Below are positions 56,283 through 64,000 of a stretch of 64,000 nucleotides of DNA, in pieces. Location: assembly GCF_009914755.1 (NCBI RefSeq), contig NC_060936.1; one strand, written 5' to 3'. The translations under genes and the position numbers were made by a program. The stretch comes from the human T2T-CHM13v2.0 reference genome, Homo sapiens. The notes beneath the pieces were generated by a model. The model was not told the DNA's origin. It searched no databases and was given only the letters and a program-made list of their open reading frames with translations. The first letter of the stretch is position 1. The number at the start of each line of letters is the position of its first letter.

Positions 56283-57792
56283 TAGGTGTGTTTTTTAATT
56301 GGTGTTCATCCATACAGTCATTTTTGGATTATTAAATTAGAAGATTATGACATCTTAAATTGATATTTATTTCCTAAATCTCTTTGTTGGGTTAAGTCCA
56401 TTCTGATATAAGAGAAGTGGAATGATGACTTAGCAGGTGGAACCATGCTAGTCTAAATCAAGTCAGGCCCGGTTGTGCTATCATTTTGGTAATTTGCAGA
56501 GCAACCGCAAATGATAAGAATTCCTAAGCTGCCAATAGATTATTGGCTCAAATGAATGCAGTTTCCATTTAGCTAAACTCTTTAAGAGGATAGTCATTAA
56601 CATTTTGAAAACCTCCATCATTTGTTATTCCTGAAGTTAAAGGCTATAAACTGCAAACTGTAATACAATAAAATAAATTAAAAATCCTATATTAAAATAA
56701 AGGAAGAGTTTTCTTTTTTCTCAGTTGTTTTTAAGGCACTAGATACTGGGCAACAAAGCTAGCACTACAAGAAATTTTGAAAACATTGCTTCAAAGAACA
56801 GCTCTGTTATCTTATTGATAAACTGATATATTATTATTAAAACCATTTGCATTCAGTATTCAAATGTAACAGTTCTTTCAGAAAACTGGGAGATGCTTTA
56901 AGAATAATGCATTTTGTCCATCATTTACCTTCATCTGTCATTTAAACACTGACTTTTTTTTTCGGGAAAAAAAAGAAACTTTTACCACTGTTTTCAACAT
57001 GCTGTCAAGGACATCTTTATTGTCATTCGAGGACTTGTCTATGCAATTTCCCCCTCCCTGATAGGATAATATATTGACCTTCCTTATTCAGGCAGAATAA
57101 AGTAGGTTACGATGGTACTACCCACCTCCTACATAGAACTTCACTTTCTATCAGGAAAGAGACAAAAGAACCTTTGAGAATTAAAATCACTTCTACTTCA
57201 TTTCCCCAGTGTTCCTTTCAGGTGGAATTTGGAAACTGAGGTTGAACAATAACTAAGGTCTAAAAATTTGCAAACTTGCTCTCAAAACCAACCCATTCAT
57301 AAGTTGTCCTCTTCACTCATAAAAGAGAGAAAGCCAGAAAGTATTTTCTGAAATTTCAGAAACAGAACACATTCTTAAGAGATGCCCAGGAAAAGTGGCA
57401 GTTCCAATACGCCTCCTCTTTGATTCTTCTTTAAGTAAGAAAATACATACATTATGAATGCTATAAAGGCACAGTTTCTGGGAGCAGGTTTTAGGGGTTT
57501 TTGTGTTTTTGTTAAACTGATAAACTTGTGTCTTAATTGTTCAATTTAGGTTTTCAGAAAATTAAGAGTTAGAGCTTGCTCTCAAAACTACGAGCAAAGA
57601 TCAAGGAATGTATAACAAATTGTTTACTCAGATAGATTAATGAATTTAATAAGAATGACTTCTAAAACATCAATAGAATCAAGGCCCCAAGGCTGAGATG
57701 TAGTTAGCCCAGCTCTGGGGACAAGTTTACGGACTGTCAATACAGTAAGATTATCACTCTTTAAAATTTAGTAACAATCTCACTGATGTCAT

Positions 57793-58547
57793 TGAGACCA
57801 CCTGTGCAAAAATTATGATAGTAAGAAAAATCTGACATAGGAAATTTGTGACAGTGAAAGAAATCTAACCTAACAGATTCCATCTGGCTTCTAATCTCCA
57901 AGCTGTCCTTGTTCATTCCTGGGTGTAGGCCAAGCTAACTCTGGGAAGAAGTCAGCTTAAAGTTTACCTTTGAGACAGAGATAATAACAGCCCCTCCTCA
58001 AAGCAAAACCCTCCTGGCCTAAGGGCCAGACCACCTCTATAAAGCTAACAATTGGCCACAAGATTAGAAATTCTTGTTTAGGAGTTATAACTGCCAGAGA
58101 CCTCAAGATTCCTAAGCTCCCCAATTGCTCCTATACATAACATCACTGTTATAAAACCTAAGATTGATGTTTGAGGTGTTTTTCAGACCTTGTAGTCTGA
58201 TGGAATAGCTAGAACCACCCAGACTGGTAATCTGGCGTAACTAGTTCTGCAATCTCACCCGGGAACAGAAGACAGCAAGACAAACCAGCTTTGACCCCAT
58301 ACAATTTCATCCTCAACCCAGTCAATCAGCATTTCCCATTCCCTAACCTCTCCCTGCCTGCCAAACTATCTTTAAAACACCCCAGCCTCTGAATTTTTTA
58401 GGAGGCTGGTTTTAGTAATAATAAAACTCCAGTCTCTCATTTAGCCTCCTTTACATGTAATAAAATCCTTCTCTATTGCAATTCCACTGTCCTGACAAAT
58501 CAGCTCTATCTGGGCAGCTAGCAAGATGAAACTGTCATGTGGTTACA
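57793..58547 (+). mobile_element. LTR8-family (LTR8A/B-like) ERV1 solo LTR
   Basis: tgagaccacctgtgcaaaaattatga start, ccaagctgtccttgttcattcctgggtgtaggcc, ends ggttaca; 4-bp TSD tcat / ttat. Confidence 0.88.
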
Positions 58548-58572
58548 TTATTGAAATCCTTAGTATTTTAAC

Positions 58573-58799
58573 TTTTTTTTTGAGGGAAAATCTCACTTTG
58601 TCATCCAGCCTGGAGTGCAGATCATGGCTCACTGCAGCCTCAACTTCCCAGGCTCAAGTAATCCTCCCACCCCAGCCTCCTGAGTAGCTGAGACTACAAG
58701 GCATGTACCACCACGCTGCTAATTTATTTTTTGTAGAGACAGGTTCTCTTTGTGTTACCAAGGCTGATCTCGAGTTCCCATGAGCCACCAAGCCTGACC
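58573..58799 (-). mobile_element. AluJ with internal left-arm deletion
   Basis: gatcatggctcactgcagcctcaact; jumps from cgagttcc to catgagccacc. Confidence 0.85.
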
Positions 58800-59023
58800 T
58801 TAAGTTAGCTTTTCAAGCAATTGCTTTTGCAGATGAGAATGGAAGATTCATTTGTATGAAACTATGAACAAGAATCATTAGTGAAATCTCCATGTCCATC
58901 ATCCATGTATCCTTTATTATTTTTTCTCCAAAGTTATTGGCAAGTGTCATGTACTATCTTAGCCACTGAGAATATGTCACCAAAAAGGATACACTCCCTT
59001 CCCTCAAAGAAATTTACAGTTCA

Positions 59024-59320
<297 letters not shown>

Positions 59321-59544
59321 TCACAGTCCAATTAGCAAAACATTTGCAAAATAATATTGTGTTTTAAATAATATTTTTAAAGTATGCACAGCCTGCAAAG
59401 TGACACAAATGAATAACTTCTACTACAAAGAAGGAAAGGCAGAAGAGAATGTATGAAAAATATTTAAGCAGAGAACTATAGCAAAATTATCGAAAATGAT
59501 GTCATTACTCTTACCTTGAATCTTTACCAAAAAACTGAGTATTA

Positions 59545-59662
59545 CCATTACCTGTTAGAACTTCAGCTTAGAGACTCATTAACTTGCCTGAAGTTGCTTA
59601 GTGACTAGAAGTAGTATCAGATTTTGAATCCAAACTGTTCTGTCCCCAAATCCCATGCTCTT
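59545..59662 (-). mobile_element. MIR, host of the L1PB insertion; short remainder after 60551
   Basis: taacttgcctgaagttgcttag...tttgaatccaaactgttctgtccccaaatcccatgctctt. Confidence 0.65.
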
Positions 59663-59859
59663 TATTTTTTATTGTTTTTAATTTATTTTAATAGTTTTGG
59701 GGGTATAGGTAGCTTTTGATTACATGGATAAGCTCTCTGGTGGTTATTTCTGAGATTCTGGTGCACCCATCACCCCAGCAGTGTACAAATGTACACAATA
59801 TGTCATCTCACCTTTACTTCCCTCCCAACCTTCTCCTGCCATCCCCAAACTCCACTATA

Positions 59860-59893
<34 letters not shown>

Positions 59894-60550
59894 TTTGAGA
59901 CAGAGTCTCGCTCTGTCGCCCAAGCTAGAGTGCAGTGGTGCGATCTTGGCTCACCACAACCTCAGCCTCCCAGGTTCAAGCTATTGGTCAGGCTGGTCTC
60001 GAACTCCTGATCTCATGATCTGCCCACCTCAGCCCCCAAAGTGCTAGGATTACAGGCATAAGCCACTGCACCCGGCCTCCATTATATCATTCTTATGCCT
60101 TTGCAGCCTTATAGCTTAGCTCCCATGTGTAAGTGATGAGAACATACAATATTTGGTTTTCCATTCCCGAGTTACTTCCCTTAGAATAATGGCCTCTGGC
60201 TCCATCCAAGTTGCTGCAAAGGCCATTATTTCACTCAATTTTATGGCTGAGTAGTATTCCATGGCATATATATATATATCACATCACATTTTCTTTATCC
60301 ACTCATTGGTTGATGGGCATTTAGGTTGGTTCCATATTTTTACAATTTTTAATTGTGCTGCTATAAACATACATATGCGTGTCTTTTTCATATAATGACT
60401 TCTTTTCCTTTGGGTAGATAGCCAGTAGTGGGATTGCTGGATTGAATTGTAGTTCTACTTTTAGTTCCTTAAGGAACCGCCATACTGTTTTACATACTGG
60501 TTGTACTAGTTTACATTCCCACCAACAGTGTAAAAGTGTTCCCTTTTCAC
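59663..60550 (-). mobile_element. 5'-truncated L1PB1-like 3' end
   Basis: ttacatggataagctctctggtggttatttctgagatt...atagcttagctccca; TSD cccatgctctt at 59652-59662 and 60551-60561. Confidence 0.9.
59876..60077 (-). mobile_element. AluS with central deletion, nested in L1PB
   Basis: ggttcaagc joined directly to tattggtcaggctgg; TSD tcca(c/t)tatat with (TA)n expansion. Confidence 0.9.
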
Positions 60551-61270
60551 CCCATGCTCTTCTATATAATACTGTTTGTAGCACACCTCCTTGTCAGCGT
60601 GTCTGCCATGGAGATTTTTCTCCTCTCCTCTACTAACTTGTTTTTACACCATTGTTATTCAAGACATTTCTTCCTGTTTTGGACACATTGTATTAACGTT
60701 CAATAAGCTGTAGAACCTTAGCGTTGGAAGAGATATTTGAAGCCATCTAACAATTTAACACCCAACAGAAAACAAACAAAGAAGAGAACAGAGATGTGAC
60801 TTGAGCAAGATCCTAAAGCTAGTGAGTTGCAGAGTAGCTCCAGATCCACCTAGTCCAGCCATGTCCACTTACAGCTGAGCTGTCCCTTCTCTGAGTATCA
60901 TAATGTCTGGTGCCTATCTCCAGTGGATAGTTTATTTTTAGGGAAAGAACTGGCTTTCTTCTTTTTTTTGCTTAAAAAAAAAAGTGCTAAGTATGTGGAG
61001 ATAGGTAGCTTAGAGGGCAGGAGATGAAAGGCAACAACAAAATAAAGAACTCTATTTAGACTTAAGAAATGCAAAGGGTTTTGAGTATGAAAGAATGAGA
61101 AGAGAATCAAGAAATCAGAGCATTCAAGCTGGAGCCCCAAATTGTCAAGGCCAGAAGGCATTCTCAGAAGCATAATTGGCATTTTAATTTAGTTGTGTGG
61201 CTGCAAGTTGTATACTCTGTCTTCTTAAACTTTCAGAAAAACCTACCATGTATCCATCAATGTCTTGTAG

Positions 61271-62237
<967 letters not shown>

Positions 62238-62424
62238 ACTTGGAGCAAGAAGGAAATAGCTGTGAGAAGTGACATGAGAGTCAGATAAGAGACCTGTGGA
62301 AGTAAGAATTGAAAGTCACCAAGATGATACCTGAAGCCTCCAGAAATGCACAGAAATCTTGTGCAAGCTTTGTGGAATAAACAGTCATGGCTGGTCCTAT
62401 TCCATTATAATAATGAACATGTGT

Positions 62425-62560
62425 CTGCCTCCATGCGAACACTAGACTGTAAGCTCCTAGAGGACACATAGTTTGCCTTCTCTCTCTGTGTCCATTGCAC
62501 CCGACATCAAACAAGTGACAAAAACCAAACCTGTGTTTCTAGTGCCCTGTCCCTTAATAC
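62425..62560 (+). mobile_element. L2 3' fragment
   Basis: actagactgtaagctcctagagg. Confidence 0.55.
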
Positions 62561-64000
62561 ATGTCATTATTATAGGGAAAGCACACAGGTTTTTTTTTAA
62601 CCAAAGTAAAGCTGAACTTACTCTGTGGATGCATAAGACAGCCATGGGAAGGAGCACCCGAGACGACAAGCCCAGCACCGGGTAATGCAGGTAGAGGACG
62701 GGCGGGCACTGACTGCCTCTACTGTGGGAGAAGCAGGAAGAGCTGAGAACTAACAGGAGTCAGCAGTGGAGAAAAGGAGAGGAATTGCAAAAGCACCTGG
62801 TGTGAATAAGCCATGAATAAATTGAGACGTAAAAGTCAGGGACCCAGTTCTAGGACACAATGCATTTATTAACAATGGATAGGCATGGCTTATGTTTTTT
62901 AAGCTTGTTGTTAGTAGAACTGCTGAAGACTCACTTATATTATTGCTGGGATTTTAGTCAGTTAATTCTTTCCTTCCAAAGTACTGAGTAAAATAATTTT
63001 TAGTGATATGGTGTCAATCATTAATGAACAACAAGCTAAGTGGTCGACATCCAGGTGTTTGAGGAAACTCCACCGTTGCTTCCATCAACTCAATCAGATT
63101 TACACGGGCTGGTGTCCACCATTAGATATAGCCTGGCCACCTGGTCTTAAACACACATTTACCCACTTGGTGGAGATTTGTTGAAAAGACATGACAAAAA
63201 GAGCTTCACAGCATTAATACCCAGACACAAGAGTGAGTATGTTCTCACAAGGGGACTGTATTATGATTGGGGTATACTTTGCAGTGTTCAGTAAGCTCTA
63301 GTTAGTCTTTTAGAAGATAACACTAATGTGAATTCAAACCTCCTGTTGCCATTATCTAAGTCAAGGCACAGCTGGAAGCCCTCAAAGCCCGGACTAGTCT
63401 TTCTTATTCCATACTGTTTGCAGGAGGAGAGAAGAAGCGCAAAGGGATATTCTAATTTGAGAGGAAAGCCCACAAAGAAAATGTGATAAAGCAGCAAAGG
63501 CTATATATAAGGTACAAAAAAATAAATAAAAGCAAGGGAAGAATTCATGCATTCAGAAAAACCAGGAGCAGAACAGAAGGTAGAGGAAGTACAGGAATAG
63601 AAGGAAGGGGAGAACAAAAATGCCAGAGCCACTTGGGCAATTTCTTTTTCCTGAAGCTTGTTATGGGGACAAAAGAATTCTCCATTACTTAGTTCATAAT
63701 ATGAAGACCTTGGAAAGGGACAAGAAAAGAGACTGGAACTTGCCTGGAGGGAGGGGGCTTATGAAATCTGTTTGAGAAAAGACTAGGCCCACACAAGAGT
63801 GCAGGGAGATCACATGCACCAGGAGGAGGCAGTAGTGGATCCATCTCCCTGCAGACAGTCTGCTCTGGAAGGAAGAGAAAGCCCTGAGGTACCAGCCCAC
63901 ACGTGTTCCAATGGTAGCACTGGGAGAGCAAGTAGAACTCACGGACATGTGGTCATGGTAAATTTTGTTGCCTATATCTAGAAACAGATGGGGACACAGG

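Noticed and set aside
62600-64000. Possible promoter or exon in the slightly GC-richer end of the window
   Set aside because: Only a few CpGs, no CpG island, and no supported ORF or exon

Overview
Primate genomic DNA, most likely hominoid (AluY and L1PA4-like elements are present). It is AT-rich and dominated by interspersed repeats. I find no recognisable protein-coding gene, tRNA, rRNA or CRISPR array; the recognisable ORFs in the track are decayed LINE-1 or Alu translations and the rest look like chance ORFs. Main elements: a twin-primed L1PA4-like insertion (7.8-9.8 kb); a full-length dead L1PA10-like element (23.6-30.0 kb); an 11.7-kb composite L1 (31.4-43.1 kb) with two different 5' UTR/ORF1 modules, a nested Alu and a nested L1MA2; 14 Alus; solo LTRs (MLT1, MSTA, THE1B, LTR47-like, LTR8, MER90-like); DNA transposon fossils (Charlie1, MER1A, Tigger3/4/5 derivatives, MER81); and ancient L2, L3 and MIR relics. 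The most interesting signals are a probable LF-SINE relic at about 6.5-6.8 kb, a 104-bp copy of its head plus flank inserted into an L2 1.7 kb away, a rare 5'-inverted Alu, an AT-rich quasi-palindrome and the chimeric L1. Subfamily names come from recalled consensus sequences, not from a database search. The sequence does not support a novel gene system.
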